A stretch of 64,000 nucleotides of DNA from Longimicrobiales bacterium (GCA_965248195.1 CBDFIQ010000001.1:64001-128000); one strand, 5' to 3'; positions 46,135 to 57,042 are shown, numbered from the stretch's first letter. The notes: generated by a model not told the origin, from the sequence alone. Made by a program: numbers and translations.

Positions 46135-47010
46135 CTAGCGACTCCGCGGCTGGTAGCCATCCATGGACGGCCCGCCGTAGAAGAACCGCCAGTCGGCCGC
46201 ATCAGGACGGCCGTTGGGCCCCGTCGACGCATAGCCGGCACTGGTGGATCCCACGAACTTGCCAGCCCTCAGCGCCGCGTCCTTGACCTTGTCGAACATC
46301 GCGTGCCATTCCGGCGAGGTCGGCGACAGTCCGGTGAAGCTTCCCAGATCTCCGTTCGACGCCCAGAGCACGTCGATCCCCGCCACCCGTGCGATGTGGT
46401 AAGCGTTTTCCACCGCGATGGGCGTCTCGATCTGAGCGACCACCAGCATGTTGTCGTTGATGGTCTGCCGGTAGTTGATGCCTGATCCACCCCAAATCCG
46501 CGCCGCCTGATTGCGACCTGCGCTCCGGCGACCGTCGGGCGGGAATCTCGCAAAGTTGGCCAGCGCCGTCGCTTGCTCCACCGTGTTGACGGTCGGCCCG
46601 ATCACCCCGAGCGCGCCGATATCCGTCGCCTTCTGAATTGATCCTTCCAGCACATCCGGCAGCCGGACCATCGGAATGCCGACTCCGGGACACGCTGCGA
46701 TCATCGCCTCGACGTCGGCCCAGCTCATTGTGCTGTGCTGCATCTCGAAGAAAATGAAGTCGTAGTGTGGCGCCACCTCACAATAGAATTCCGGATCCCG
46801 GCTGGCGATGGTATACGTGAAGACCTGCTCGCCGTCGAGCAGCTTCTGCTTCGCCGTGTTGTACAAGGGGACGCCCGGACTCGTGAGGCTTTCTCTCACG
46901 GCCCAGCCCTGTTCGCGTGTGAAGCTTTGACGCGCCGCAGCCGGCCAGGCGACCACCAGACCGACGGCAGTGGCAATGGCGCCGGCCAGAATGACTCTTC
47001 GTCCTCGCAT
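46135..47010 (-). CDS. HpcH/HpaI aldolase family protein with signal peptide
   Basis: FFEMQHS, PMVR, DIGALGVIGPTV, RFPPDGRRSAG, QIETP, DL. Confidence 0.85.
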   Translation of the reverse strand: MRGRRVILAGAIATAVGLVVAWPAAARQSFTREQGWAVRESLTSPGVPLYNTAKQKLLDGEQVFTYTIASRDPEFYCEVAPHYDFIFFEMQHSTMSWADVEAMIAACPGVGIPMVRLPDVLEGSIQKATDIGALGVIGPTVNTVEQATALANFARFPPDGRRSAGRNQAARIWGGSGINYRQTINDNMLVVAQIETPIAVENAYHIARVAGIDVLWASNGDLGSFTGLSPTSPEWHAMFDKVKDAALRAGKFVGSTSAGYASTGPNGRPDAADWRFFYGGPSMDGYQPRSR

Positions 47011-47099
47011 TCGTTCCTCCTTTGTGGACTGCCCCATTCGATCTAGTCGGGAGCTTGACTCCTCGCCAGTGGAGCTTCGCTATTGTCATGGCCATATGG

Positions 47100-47276
47100 T
47101 TGCACATGACCGAACTGACGCGGCCCATTCTGGTCGAGAGCTGCCGGCTACCGGGCGACTTTCACGGCGATCTAGCGGACCAGATGATCGTGGCGACGGC
47201 TCGACACCACGGGGCCGTCCTGGTCACGACGGACCGCGCGATCCGCGACTACGAGCACGTTCGCTCCGTCTGGTAA
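47100..47276 (+). pseudogene. C-terminal fragment of a VapC/PIN toxin
   Basis: LPGDFHGDLADQMIVATAR...LVTTDRAIRDYEHVRSVW; N-terminal LLDT motif absent; left boundary approximate. Confidence 0.7.
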
Positions 47277-47372
47277 CCCGGCGCGGTGTAGACGGATCGC
47301 TGACGGGCCCGGCAAGCGCGACACGGGTAGCGCCCTCGCGCGCGTTACGCGGCCGCTCCATCTTCTCCAGTC

Positions 47373-48023
47373 ATGACCGCAACACGCACGACGGTGCATC
47401 TCGACGTCTTCAGCGACTACACCTGCCCTTGGTGCTACGTGGGCTGGGCCCGTCTCGAGTCGGCGCTCCTCCGTATTCCGGAAGGGGTGGATGTGGACGT
47501 CCGATGGAGACCGTACGAAATCCACGCCGAGGTCCCGCCGGAGGGGATGCCGGTCGAAGACCTGCCGTACACCCCGGAGCAGTGGGCCCGAATGCAGGAA
47601 GCGCTGCGCCTAAGCGCCGCTGAGGAAGGGCTCGACGTCGGGAAGCGACCCAGGGTCTCGAACACGCACCGAGCCCTCATGGCCGGTGAATACGTGCGAG
47701 TGGAGGAACCCGAGCGCTTTCCCGCGTTTCATGCGGCGCTGTTCAAGGAATACTTCGCCGAGGGTCGCGACTTGGGCGACCCGACTGTGGTCGAAGACGT
47801 CGCGCGTTCATCCGGACTCGACGTCGGCCGGATGACGAAGGCGCTCGACGACGGGGAGTACGAGGGGGCGATCACCACGACCACCGACGCGGCGAGGGAG
47901 CTTGGCATCACCGGCACACCCACCTTCGTCTTCGACAAGCGCTTCGCGGTGGTCGGGGCGCAGCCGATCGAGGCCCTGCTCCAAGCAATTGAGGCGGCGC
48001 TGAAGCACAGCGAGGAGGAATGA
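47373..48023 (+). CDS. DsbA/FrnE family oxidoreductase
   Basis: DVFSDYTCPWCYVG; GITGTPTFVF; GAQP. Confidence 0.9.
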   Translation: MTATRTTVHLDVFSDYTCPWCYVGWARLESALLRIPEGVDVDVRWRPYEIHAEVPPEGMPVEDLPYTPEQWARMQEALRLSAAEEGLDVGKRPRVSNTHRALMAGEYVRVEEPERFPAFHAALFKEYFAEGRDLGDPTVVEDVARSSGLDVGRMTKALDDGEYEGAITTTTDAARELGITGTPTFVFDKRFAVVGAQPIEALLQAIEAALKHSEEE

Positions 48024-48121
48024 GATAATGAACTGGACGGCACGCGGGTCCTCCCCTTAGACTGCGATCAAGCAGTTATTCCGGACGTCAATCCAACCCC
48101 TCGAGGCGGCGATACGGTTCG

Positions 48122-50491
48122 ATGCTCAGGTCAACGCACTCTGCGGCCGCCGTCGTGGCGGCCCTGGCGGCTGGCTGGCTGGCCAGCGACGTCGCGGCGC
48201 AGAGCGCGACGGGGTATCGCGCCTTGCTCGACGAGTACTGCGTCACCTGTCACAACCAGCGCACGGTCGACGACCGGAGTGAGCAGATCACCCCCCTGAG
48301 GTCACAGCTCCGCGCGGTCGGTCTGGCGCTCGACGCGCTGGAGCTGTCCGCGGTGGCTACCGACGCCGCCCACTGGGAGCCGGTCGTGCGCAAGCTGCGG
48401 GCCGGGCTGATGCCGCCCGCCGGGCGGCGGCGTCCCGACCAGGCGACGCTCGACGAGTTCCGCGCTTGGCTCGAGACCGAGCTCGATGAGGCAGCCGCGG
48501 CCCGTCCGGACCCGGGACGGACAGCCACGTTCCACCGGCTGAACCGGGCCGAGTACAGCAACGCCATCCGCGACTTGCTGGCGCTGGAGATCGACGTCGA
48601 CGACTTCCTTCCGGCAGACGACGCCGGCTTCGGGTTCGACAACATCGGCGGCGTGCTGCGCATGTCGCAGTCGTTGCTGGAGCGTTATCTGGACGCATCA
48701 CGCACCATCAGCCGGCTCGCGGTCGGTAGCCCACCGCCGGCGCCGTTCTCCCAGACGTTCCGGACCGCTCAGGACGAGCAGCAGCATGAGCGGGCCGGCG
48801 AGCTGCCGTTCGGCACGCGTGGCGGGATGCTCGTGTCCTACCAGTTTCCGCTCGATGCCGACTACGACCTGAGTATCCAGCTGAGCGGCACCCGCGGGTT
48901 GCGGGAGGAGCACCGGCTCGAGGTGACGGTCGATGGCGAGCCGGTCGAGCTGCCCACCCTGGAGCCCGGTTCCACCATCGAGCTGCGGGTGCCGGTGGCG
49001 GCCGGACGGCGCGACATCGGGGTGGCGTTCTATCGCAATCCACCGGTGCTCGTCGAGCAGGTCCGGGAACGCTTTCAGAATCCGCGCACATCAGGGAACA
49101 GCGGCGGGCCGGGCGGCTCGATGCCGTTCGTCACTAGCCTCACCATCGCTGGTCCGTACGACGCTCGCGGTCCAGGCAGTACGCCGAGCCGTGACCGGAT
49201 CTTCGTCTGCCGACCGGCGACGGTCTCCGAGGAGACGGGATGCGCCCGCACGATCCTGTCCGGTCTGGCCCGGCAGGCCTATCGTCGGCCGGTCACCGAT
49301 GCCGACATCGAGGTTCTGCTCGAGTTCTACGAGATGGGCCGAGCCAATGGCGCGCACTTCGAGAGCGGCGTCGAGCTGGCGCTCAGGCGGTTGCTCGTCA
49401 GCCCAGAGTTCCTGGTCCGCATCGAGGCGGACCCATCAGGCGTTGCGCCCGACACTCCCTACAAGGTGACTGACATCGAGCTGGCCTCCCGCTTGTCGTT
49501 CTTCCTTTGGAGCAGCATCCCGGACGCCGAGCTGCTTGATGTGGCCGAGCGAGGAGCGCTCAGCCAGCCGGCGGAGCTCGAGCGGCAAGTGCGTCGCATG
49601 ATCGCCGATCCTCGCTCGAAGGCGCTGACCACCAACTTTGCCGGCCAGTGGTTGCAGCTCAGGAACCTCGCGACCGTGATTCGGCCGGGTGATCCCTACT
49701 CGCTCGCGTTCGATGAGACGCTACGTCAGGCGATGATCACCGAGACGGAGCTGTTCTTCGACCACGTGGTACGACAGGACCGCGGGGTCCTCGAGCTGCT
49801 GACCGCCGACTACACGTATCTGAACGGACGCCTGGCCGGGCACTACGACATCCCCAACGTCCAAGGCGCACACTTCCGGCGGGTCGTGTTCCTGGCTAAT
49901 AGCCCCCGCGGGGGGCTGCTGGCACACGGCAGCATCCTGACCCTGACCTCGCACGCGATCCGGACGTCGCCGGTGCTGCGTGGCAAGTGGATCCTGAACA
50001 CCATCCTCGGCACACCGCCGCCCGATCCGCCGCCGAACGTCCCGGCGCTCGTCGACCAGAAGACCCAGGCCAAGTTGGGAACGATGCGTGAGCGGATGGA
50101 TGCCCACCGGTCCAACCCGGTGTGTGCGGCGTGCCACGCGATGATCGACCCGGCCGGGTTCGCTCTCGAGGGCTTCGACGCCATCGGCCGGTCCCGGGTG
50201 GTCGACGAGTCGTTCAACGACCTCGACACCTCCGGGACGCTCCCCGACGGTACCGCGTTCGACGGCGCAGCGGAGCTCCGGGCCGCATTGGTCGCGCACC
50301 CGGAGCGGTTCGTCGGCACCGTCACCGAGAAGCTGATGACCTACGCGCTGGGTCGGGGCCTCGACTACTACGATATGCCGGCGGTCCGCCGTATCGTTCG
50401 AGAAGCGGAGACCGAGGGCTACGGCATGCAGTCGATCATCGTCGGCATCGTAAACAGCTATCCGTTCCTGCACAGGAGATCCGAGTCATGA
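48122..50491 (+). CDS. DUF1592/DUF1588-type cytochrome c domain protein
   Basis: CVTCH and CAACH; RLNRAEY; ELASRLSFFLWSSIPD; TSPVLRGKW. Confidence 0.9.
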   Translation: MLRSTHSAAAVVAALAAGWLASDVAAQSATGYRALLDEYCVTCHNQRTVDDRSEQITPLRSQLRAVGLALDALELSAVATDAAHWEPVVRKLRAGLMPPAGRRRPDQATLDEFRAWLETELDEAAAARPDPGRTATFHRLNRAEYSNAIRDLLALEIDVDDFLPADDAGFGFDNIGGVLRMSQSLLERYLDASRTISRLAVGSPPPAPFSQTFRTAQDEQQHERAGELPFGTRGGMLVSYQFPLDADYDLSIQLSGTRGLREEHRLEVTVDGEPVELPTLEPGSTIELRVPVAAGRRDIGVAFYRNPPVLVEQVRERFQNPRTSGNSGGPGGSMPFVTSLTIAGPYDARGPGSTPSRDRIFVCRPATVSEETGCARTILSGLARQAYRRPVTDADIEVLLEFYEMGRANGAHFESGVELALRRLLVSPEFLVRIEADPSGVAPDTPYKVTDIELASRLSFFLWSSIPDAELLDVAERGALSQPAELERQVRRMIADPRSKALTTNFAGQWLQLRNLATVIRPGDPYSLAFDETLRQAMITETELFFDHVVRQDRGVLELLTADYTYLNGRLAGHYDIPNVQGAHFRRVVFLANSPRGGLLAHGSILTLTSHAIRTSPVLRGKWILNTILGTPPPDPPPNVPALVDQKTQAKLGTMRERMDAHRSNPVCAACHAMIDPAGFALEGFDAIGRSRVVDESFNDLDTSGTLPDGTAFDGAAELRAALVAHPERFVGTVTEKLMTYALGRGLDYYDMPAVRRIVREAETEGYGMQSIIVGIVNSYPFLHRRSES

Positions 50492-51837
50492 GGATCATCA
50501 CCAGGAAGGCGTTGTCGCGTCGCACGGCGCTCAAGGGCATGGGGGCCATGGTGGCCCTGCCGTTCCTCGACTCGATGGTGCCCGCGCTGACGCCCCTCGC
50601 CCGGACGGCGGCCGCGCCCGCCATCCCGCGGCTGGGGTTCGTCTATGCACCGAACGGGATGTTCCTGCCGAACTTCCATCCCGCCGGCGAGGGCGGACGC
50701 AACTATGCCATGACCCGAATCCTGCGGCCGCTGGAGGCCTACCGCGAGCAGATGGTGGTGGTCACCGGGCTGAGCAACAGAGGGATCGTAAGTCCCAACG
50801 AGGGCGGCGGCGTGCACACCCGCGCCCACGGTGGCTGGCTGAGCGGGGTGCTGCCGAAGCGCACCGAGGGTGCCGACATCCAGGCCGGCAAGACGGTCGA
50901 CCAGTATGCCGCCGACGTGCTCGGTGCCGATACCTCGCTGCGGTCGCTTGAGCTGACCACCGAGTCGAACTTCACCGTCGGCAACTGTGAGAACGGATAC
51001 AGCTGCACATACCAGAACTCCACCTCCTGGCGCTCCCCGACCACGCCCCTGCCCCACGAGCGCGACCCGCGCGTGGTGTTCCAGCGGCTCTTCGGCGACG
51101 GCGGAAGCGTGGACACGCGGTTGGCCCAGATGCAGACCGACCGCAGCATCCTCGACTCGGTCACCGAGAGCATCAACCAGCTCGAGCGCCAACTGGGCCA
51201 AAGCGACCGCGCCGCGGTGGAGGAGTATCTGAACGCCGTGCGGGAGATCGAACGCCGGATCCAACTCGCCGAGGAGAACAACGCCTCGACGCCGCTTCCG
51301 GCCCTGGACCAGCCGGCCGGTGTGCCCGACGAGTACGACGAGCACGTGGAGATGCTGTTCGACATGCTGGCGCTGGCCTATCAGGCCGACGTCACCCGGG
51401 TGAGCTGCTTCCAGATGGCCCGCGAGCTGAGCGGCCGCACCTACCCGAACATCGGGGTGCCGGAGGCGCACCACAGCATATCGCATCACCAGCTCCAGCC
51501 ACACAACATCGAGCAGTACACCAAGATCAACACCCACCACGTCTCGCTGTTCAGCAAGCTGATCGAGCGCATGCACAACATCCCGGACGGCGACGGCACA
51601 CTGCTGGACCACACGATCATGCTGTATGGCACCGGCATGGGGGATGGTGATCACCACACCCCCTACAACCTCCCGGTGATCCTGGTCGGTGGCGGCGGCG
51701 GGACGCTCGAAGGCGGTCGCCACATGAAGTACGAGATGGACACGCCGTTCATGAACCTCGGACTGACGCTGCTCGACAAGGTCGGCGTCGAGCTCGACCG
51801 GATCTCGGACAGCACGGGGCGGTTGACGGATCTCTGA
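50488..51837 (+). CDS. DUF1552 family protein
   Basis: SRRTALKG Tat-like motif; YAPNG; CENGYSC; DGDGTLLD; ATG at 50488. Confidence 0.9.
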   Translation: MRIITRKALSRRTALKGMGAMVALPFLDSMVPALTPLARTAAAPAIPRLGFVYAPNGMFLPNFHPAGEGGRNYAMTRILRPLEAYREQMVVVTGLSNRGIVSPNEGGGVHTRAHGGWLSGVLPKRTEGADIQAGKTVDQYAADVLGADTSLRSLELTTESNFTVGNCENGYSCTYQNSTSWRSPTTPLPHERDPRVVFQRLFGDGGSVDTRLAQMQTDRSILDSVTESINQLERQLGQSDRAAVEEYLNAVREIERRIQLAEENNASTPLPALDQPAGVPDEYDEHVEMLFDMLALAYQADVTRVSCFQMARELSGRTYPNIGVPEAHHSISHHQLQPHNIEQYTKINTHHVSLFSKLIERMHNIPDGDGTLLDHTIMLYGTGMGDGDHHTPYNLPVILVGGGGGTLEGGRHMKYEMDTPFMNLGLTLLDKVGVELDRISDSTGRLTDL

Positions 51838-51898
51838 TGCTGCACTCGAGGAAGGCAGGGATCAGAAGCCGAAAGGCAGAAGGCCGAAGGTCGGGGCC

Positions 51899-53674
51899 GT
51901 GAAGACCGCCGGGGCGATGAGCACGGTCTGGGTGGCTGTGGCGGCGTTGCTGTTCAGCGGCGCCACGCTGGCGGGGCCGGAGGTGCCGCTGGTGGACGTG
52001 CCACTGCCGGGCATCCCTCTCCTAGACCTGCCCCCTGTGGACGTCCCGCCGCCGGACGTCCCGCTAATCGACGCGGTGCGGCGTGGTGACACCGACGCAG
52101 CACGCGCCCTGCTTGACGGCGGTGCCGACGTCGATGCGACAGCGCCGGACGGCGCCACGGCTCTGCTGTGGGCCGTGCACACCGACCAGCCCGAACTGGT
52201 GGGGCTGCTGCTCGAGGCCGGGGCCGATGTCGAGATCACCAACCGCTACGGGGTCGGCCCGGCGTCGCTGGCGGCCGAGAACGGCAACGCGGAGATTCTC
52301 GAGCGTCTCCTCCAGGCCGGTGTCTACGCCAATCACGCGCTGCCGGGCGGTGAGACGCTGCTGATGACCGCCGCTCGTACGGGCGAGCCGGAGACGGTGC
52401 GGACCCTGCTGGCGCACGGGGCCGATCCGAACCACCGGGAGATTACCCGGGGCCAGACGGCGCTGATGTGGGCCGCCGCCAACAACAACGCCGCTGCAAT
52501 CGGAGTGCTTGCTGAGCAGGGTGCGGACATCCACGCGAAGACCGATTACCCGTCGGGGAGCACCGACCGCACGTTCGCCTATGCGCCCCCCACCGGCTTC
52601 TCACCGTTGATGTTCGCGGTCCGCGCTGGGCACATCGAGGCCACCCGGGTACTGCTCAATGCCGGGGCGGACGTTAACGACGCCGTGTCGGACGGACAAA
52701 GCGCCTTAGTCGTGGCGACGGCCAACGCCAACTGGGAGCTGGCGGCTTATCTTCTCGACCGCGGCGCCGATGCCACCCGCGCCGAGGCCGGCTGGAACGC
52801 CCTGCACCAGACCGTGCGAACTCGCAGGATGAACCTCGGGTTCGGCACACCGGGCCCGTTCTCGTCCGGGACGCTCGACAGCATCGACCTGATCCGGAGG
52901 CTCCTGGACGCCGGAGTCGACGTGAACGCCCGGATGACCCGCAACGGGATGCGTGACGGACAGCGCAACCGGTTCAACCGGCTCGGGGCCACCGCGTTCA
53001 TGCTGGCGGCCAAAGTGACCGACGTCGAGGCGATGCGGCTGCTACTTGGGGCGGGCGCCAACCCGACGATTCCGACCGCCGACGGCACCACCCCGTTGAT
53101 GGTCGCCGCCGGTCTGGCCATCTGGAACCCGGGCGAGGATGGCGGCTCGTTTACCGGGCAGGAAGCGGAGGTCCTCGAGGCGGTCCGGATCACTCTCGAG
53201 GGCGACAACGACGTCAACGCTCGCAACTACCGTGGCGAGACCGCCCTCCATGGGGTCGGCTTCCGGGGCGTGAACATCGTGCTCGACTATCTCGTGGAGC
53301 AGGGTGCCGACCTGACTGCGCTGACCGTCGACGGCTGGTCGGCCCTCGCGATCGCCCGGGGGCTCAGCTACACGGACTTCTATAAGGCCCAGGTGCACAC
53401 CGCGGCCCGGCTCGAGGAGCTGATGGAGGCCCGCGGGCTCGACACCGAGGGCGGGGCGCACCGGGTGCCGGGGTCCGTCTGCTACGACTGCCTGCAGACC
53501 CGGCGCGACCAGATCCGCACGGTAGCGGAGCGCGACGAGTGGATGGAAGCCAACTTCGACCCCGCCAGCCACGCCATCCAGATGATGCCCGAGTGGAGCT
53601 CGCTACCGTTTCCGCCCTCCGCCGAGCACGTAGACACGGCCACACTGGGCCGCAGGCCTGCAGGACCCTTTTGA
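51899..53674 (+). CDS. exported ankyrin repeat protein
   Basis: multiple GxTALxxAA ankyrin repeats; signal peptide. Confidence 0.9.
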   Translation: MKTAGAMSTVWVAVAALLFSGATLAGPEVPLVDVPLPGIPLLDLPPVDVPPPDVPLIDAVRRGDTDAARALLDGGADVDATAPDGATALLWAVHTDQPELVGLLLEAGADVEITNRYGVGPASLAAENGNAEILERLLQAGVYANHALPGGETLLMTAARTGEPETVRTLLAHGADPNHREITRGQTALMWAAANNNAAAIGVLAEQGADIHAKTDYPSGSTDRTFAYAPPTGFSPLMFAVRAGHIEATRVLLNAGADVNDAVSDGQSALVVATANANWELAAYLLDRGADATRAEAGWNALHQTVRTRRMNLGFGTPGPFSSGTLDSIDLIRRLLDAGVDVNARMTRNGMRDGQRNRFNRLGATAFMLAAKVTDVEAMRLLLGAGANPTIPTADGTTPLMVAAGLAIWNPGEDGGSFTGQEAEVLEAVRITLEGDNDVNARNYRGETALHGVGFRGVNIVLDYLVEQGADLTALTVDGWSALAIARGLSYTDFYKAQVHTAARLEELMEARGLDTEGGAHRVPGSVCYDCLQTRRDQIRTVAERDEWMEANFDPASHAIQMMPEWSSLPFPPSAEHVDTATLGRRPAGPF

Positions 53675-53692
53675 TAAGGGCCTATTCAGCGG

Positions 53693-54238
53693 CTACACGC
53701 TGAGGAACACCGACGCCAACTCCGTTTCGGCACACGGTTGTAGGATCTTCCGCGCGTCCTTAACGAGCTGCCACAACACATCGTGTTCCGCCGTCCTATC
53801 TTCACACACGACCGGCTCAACGAAGCACTCCCACCAGCTGTCGGCCTCCCGGTACCCTACCGTGACCTGAAGGCAAACCGCAGTTCGGGGAATCTCCATA
53901 CAACCCGCGTATTCCTTAGCCTCCCGGAGGGCGGAAACCCGCGCCAAGCAGTCCGACCGCTCCAGATAGCTCGGCTCGTCCAAGTGTAGCTGCGACCGCT
54001 CCGACACCATGATGAATCCGGTCCCCAGCGGAGCGATCGAACCATCCCCGGGCGACACCGCGGCCTCCGGGCTCCCGGAAGCAGCCGCCTCTGAAGACTC
54101 GCCGCCGCCACATGCGGAGACACAGATCACCGCGCCCATGAAAAGCGTGGCGCTCGAGCCACCTCGTTTGAAGATGTTCCGTCCTACGGTTGGCGGGTTC
54201 ATCCAACTTTTCGGTTCCAAATGAGAAAGTTCATCCAA
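53693..54238 (-). CDS. hypothetical Cys-rich lipoprotein
   Basis: VSACGGG lipobox-like motif; start uncertain. Confidence 0.5.
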   Translation of the reverse strand: MDELSHLEPKSWMNPPTVGRNIFKRGGSSATLFMGAVICVSACGGGESSEAAASGSPEAAVSPGDGSIAPLGTGFIMVSERSQLHLDEPSYLERSDCLARVSALREAKEYAGCMEIPRTAVCLQVTVGYREADSWWECFVEPVVCEDRTAEHDVLWQLVKDARKILQPCAETELASVFLSV

Positions 54239-54340
54239 ATGATAAGGCGGTGGATCACCGACGTCGATCCTCTGGAGCGCATTGCATCAGAACCACTGAC
54301 GATCGCGTTGATGGCCGCCTTCCGGTATGATGGGCACGCC

Positions 54341-55672
54341 ATGCGACCGATGCCCGTTGCTCTTGCTGCTGTGTTCATCGCCGCTCTCCCCGGAGCGGTG
54401 TTGTTGCCGCTGTTCGCTCAAGAGGCGGCCTCGGTCAATCGCGTCATCGAGCAACTACGGCAGGGGCGGCCGGCCATTGGCACCTTCACACGCACAGCCC
54501 GCCCCGACCTCGACTTCGCGGTCATCGACGAACAGTACGGCGATTTCGATATCGACGGGGTTCGCGAGGCTGTGGTCGCGGTAGGGGCGGGCGACGATGC
54601 GCCCACCGTCACGCCGGTCGTGCGTATTCCGCTCGCGGCGAGAGACGCGCCCGAGGCGGTGGTCAAGCAGGTGCTCGACGCGGGTGCGTTGAGTGTGATG
54701 TTCCCCGACATCGAGACGAAGGAACAGGCCATGACGGCGATCAGTTCGATGCGATTCGCGCAGGCCGAAGACGACTACCGCGCACGTGCCGATGTCTGGC
54801 CGCTCGATCCTTCCGGGAAGCTGGTTGCCATGCTTCAGATCGAATCGCTGGCCGGGATCGAGCATCTCGATGAGATTCTCGACGTGCCGGGGATCGGCGT
54901 GATCTTCCTGGGGCCCACCGACCTCGCCACGTCGGCCGGCGAGGAGGGTCCCAACGCCCCGAGGGTCGAGGCGCTCGTGCAAGAGGTCCTCGAGGCGTGC
55001 CTCGCGAGGAACGTCTCTTGTGGGTATCCGATCGTGGCACCCACGCGCGCGCTCGAAGTTATCTCGGGCAAGTACTCCGGTCACGAATCCATGGGGAAGA
55101 TCATCCTTCGACGGCTGGACGTCTCTGGGCTCGACCCCGAGTTTCAGGCCTCCGAGATCGCAGAGCTCTCGGAGGTGAAGCGGGACGGTCGGTTCCCGAT
55201 AGGCGCGATTCGTCGACACTTCGCTCGCATCGCCGATGGCCAGCACCTCGTGCAGGTCGACTTGGCCACAGACTCCTTCCAGGCCGCACACCTCCCGTTT
55301 GTCTTAGGATCACTCTACCTCGGGCCCGTCACCGTTGCGTGCCGAGCGAATCGTCCCGAAGAGAACGTCGGCTTCATCGACTACCAGGAGATGCTCGGAG
55401 ACGCCGTGCAAACGGTGGAAGCCCAGGCAGCTTGCGTCATAGTAGCGAAGCATGCGCTCCGAGAGATGCGCCGCATCGTCGGACCCTCGGGACGCATCGT
55501 TGCCAACGTCTGGGCCCGTCCCCAATCCGAGGCCCCGGGGCGCGTCCGCATGAGCGACACACCAGTGACACCAAAGGCGTTCGATGAGTTACTGTCGGGC
55601 TCTTTACGCCTGTTCTCGGGAAACCCCCAGCCAAGCCTCCCGATGGCTCTGGGACACGTGTTCCAATGGTGA
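54341..55672 (+). CDS. HpcH/HpaI aldolase-like N-terminus fused to an unrelated C-terminal region (possible chimera or pseudogene)
   Basis: PVVRIP, QVLDAG, FPDIET, ADVWPLDP, QIES, FLGPTDL up to about 55040, then unrelated sequence. Confidence 0.6.
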   Translation: MRPMPVALAAVFIAALPGAVLLPLFAQEAASVNRVIEQLRQGRPAIGTFTRTARPDLDFAVIDEQYGDFDIDGVREAVVAVGAGDDAPTVTPVVRIPLAARDAPEAVVKQVLDAGALSVMFPDIETKEQAMTAISSMRFAQAEDDYRARADVWPLDPSGKLVAMLQIESLAGIEHLDEILDVPGIGVIFLGPTDLATSAGEEGPNAPRVEALVQEVLEACLARNVSCGYPIVAPTRALEVISGKYSGHESMGKIILRRLDVSGLDPEFQASEIAELSEVKRDGRFPIGAIRRHFARIADGQHLVQVDLATDSFQAAHLPFVLGSLYLGPVTVACRANRPEENVGFIDYQEMLGDAVQTVEAQAACVIVAKHALREMRRIVGPSGRIVANVWARPQSEAPGRVRMSDTPVTPKAFDELLSGSLRLFSGNPQPSLPMALGHVFQW

Positions 55673-55785
55673 CCTTGCGATGACGGCGTCGGAAGACGCC
55701 TTTGGCTGATGGCAGGCTGGGCAAGGTATTTCGCCTCGCCTCGCCCGCTATCGCAATGGCTAGTGAGTTGCTGGTTATGGGCGCC

Positions 55786-56520
55786 CTAGGGAGTGAAGTA
55801 CGGCCGCTGCTCCTCGTGGCCTAGTTCCTCTAGTTCCTGAGCAAGCGCAAAGGCGGCGTCGGCTTCCTCGTTACGCTCAAGATCTATTAGCACCATGCCC
55901 CGGTTACCGTGAACCACGGCGATTTCCGGATCCAACCTCACGGCTTCGTCGTACGCCGCCAACGCATCCTCATGACGCCCAAGATTTCTTAGCACGTTGC
56001 CCCGGTTATCGTGAACCACGGCGATTTCCGGATCCAACCTCACGGCTTCGTCGTACGCCGCCAGCGCGTCCTCGTAACGCCCAAGATCTCTTAGCACCAT
56101 GCCTCGGCTATTGGGAACGGCCGCCTCTCGTGGATCCAACTCCGCAGCCTTGTCGAAATAAGTCAGCGCTTCCTCGAACTCACCCCTAGCCTGGTGATAA
56201 TTTCCCCACCGACGGTGGACCTTCGACACTTCTGGATACAGCAACAGGGCTCGCCTGAGGAGGCGGCGCGCCTCTTCAAGCTGCTGCGGATTCCTGTTGT
56301 ACTCCGAAATCATCTCTGTGAACGCTGCACCCCCCAGCAAGTCCCACACTTCGTTCAAGATAGCATCTGCTTCTGCCCGCTCGATCCGCGCTTGAGCCAG
56401 CTCGCTCTGCGCCCGATCACGCTGCGCTTGAACGAAATTGAAGACGCCGAAGAGCATCGCAACGCTTGCGAACCCGAAAGACACCCAGGCTCGAATCTTG
56501 ACTGCCTTCTCACCCTCCAT
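55786..56520 (-). CDS. TPR repeat protein with N-terminal TM
   Basis: NRG.VLR.LGR.EDALAAYDEAVRLDP repeats. Confidence 0.85.
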   Translation of the reverse strand: MEGEKAVKIRAWVSFGFASVAMLFGVFNFVQAQRDRAQSELAQARIERAEADAILNEVWDLLGGAAFTEMISEYNRNPQQLEEARRLLRRALLLYPEVSKVHRRWGNYHQARGEFEEALTYFDKAAELDPREAAVPNSRGMVLRDLGRYEDALAAYDEAVRLDPEIAVVHDNRGNVLRNLGRHEDALAAYDEAVRLDPEIAVVHGNRGMVLIDLERNEEADAAFALAQELEELGHEEQRPYFTP

Positions 56521-57042
56521 GCGTCTTTCCTCCCGTGAATCCAGCGCCGTAGCCGATGTCGAGGAATGATCGTCCTTTGGTATCGAGCAGTACCCCGTCG
56601 ACGAAGATGATGATAGCCGCTACGATTATACACACGCCAGTGAAGGTCACCATCTCGGGGTTTATGCCCCCTGAACCCCATTCGCCCTTAGAAGTAGGCG
56701 AATCACGGCAAGAAACCACATAAACCCTTGGCAGGGCACATGATCTGCTAATCTTCCTGCCAACCGATGCTCACATCTGCCGCTTTGAATCGACACATAA
56801 ACCGGCCCAAATCAGCCCTCCGAGCCGAGCGTCACTGAGTCCTCGAAGATCCGAATGTTTTCCCCGAGACGAGCGAGGATCTCCGAAAGCGACCGCAGCT
56901 CAGTTCGGCCGTCCCGACTAGGCGGCGCAAAGGCCGCCGTCATCGCTGGCGCTCCAGTGGAGCAGGTAGCTATACTCAGGGTGGCTTTGATCTTGTCTGT
57001 GGTCGCATCATGTCACAATGGCTTGATAAACGGAGGGCACTC

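Noticed and set aside
56510..56719. Small hydrophobic ORF as the frameshifted N-terminus of the TPR gene
   Set aside because: The TPR gene has its own GGAGG RBS before ATG 56520; this cannot be decided without homologues.
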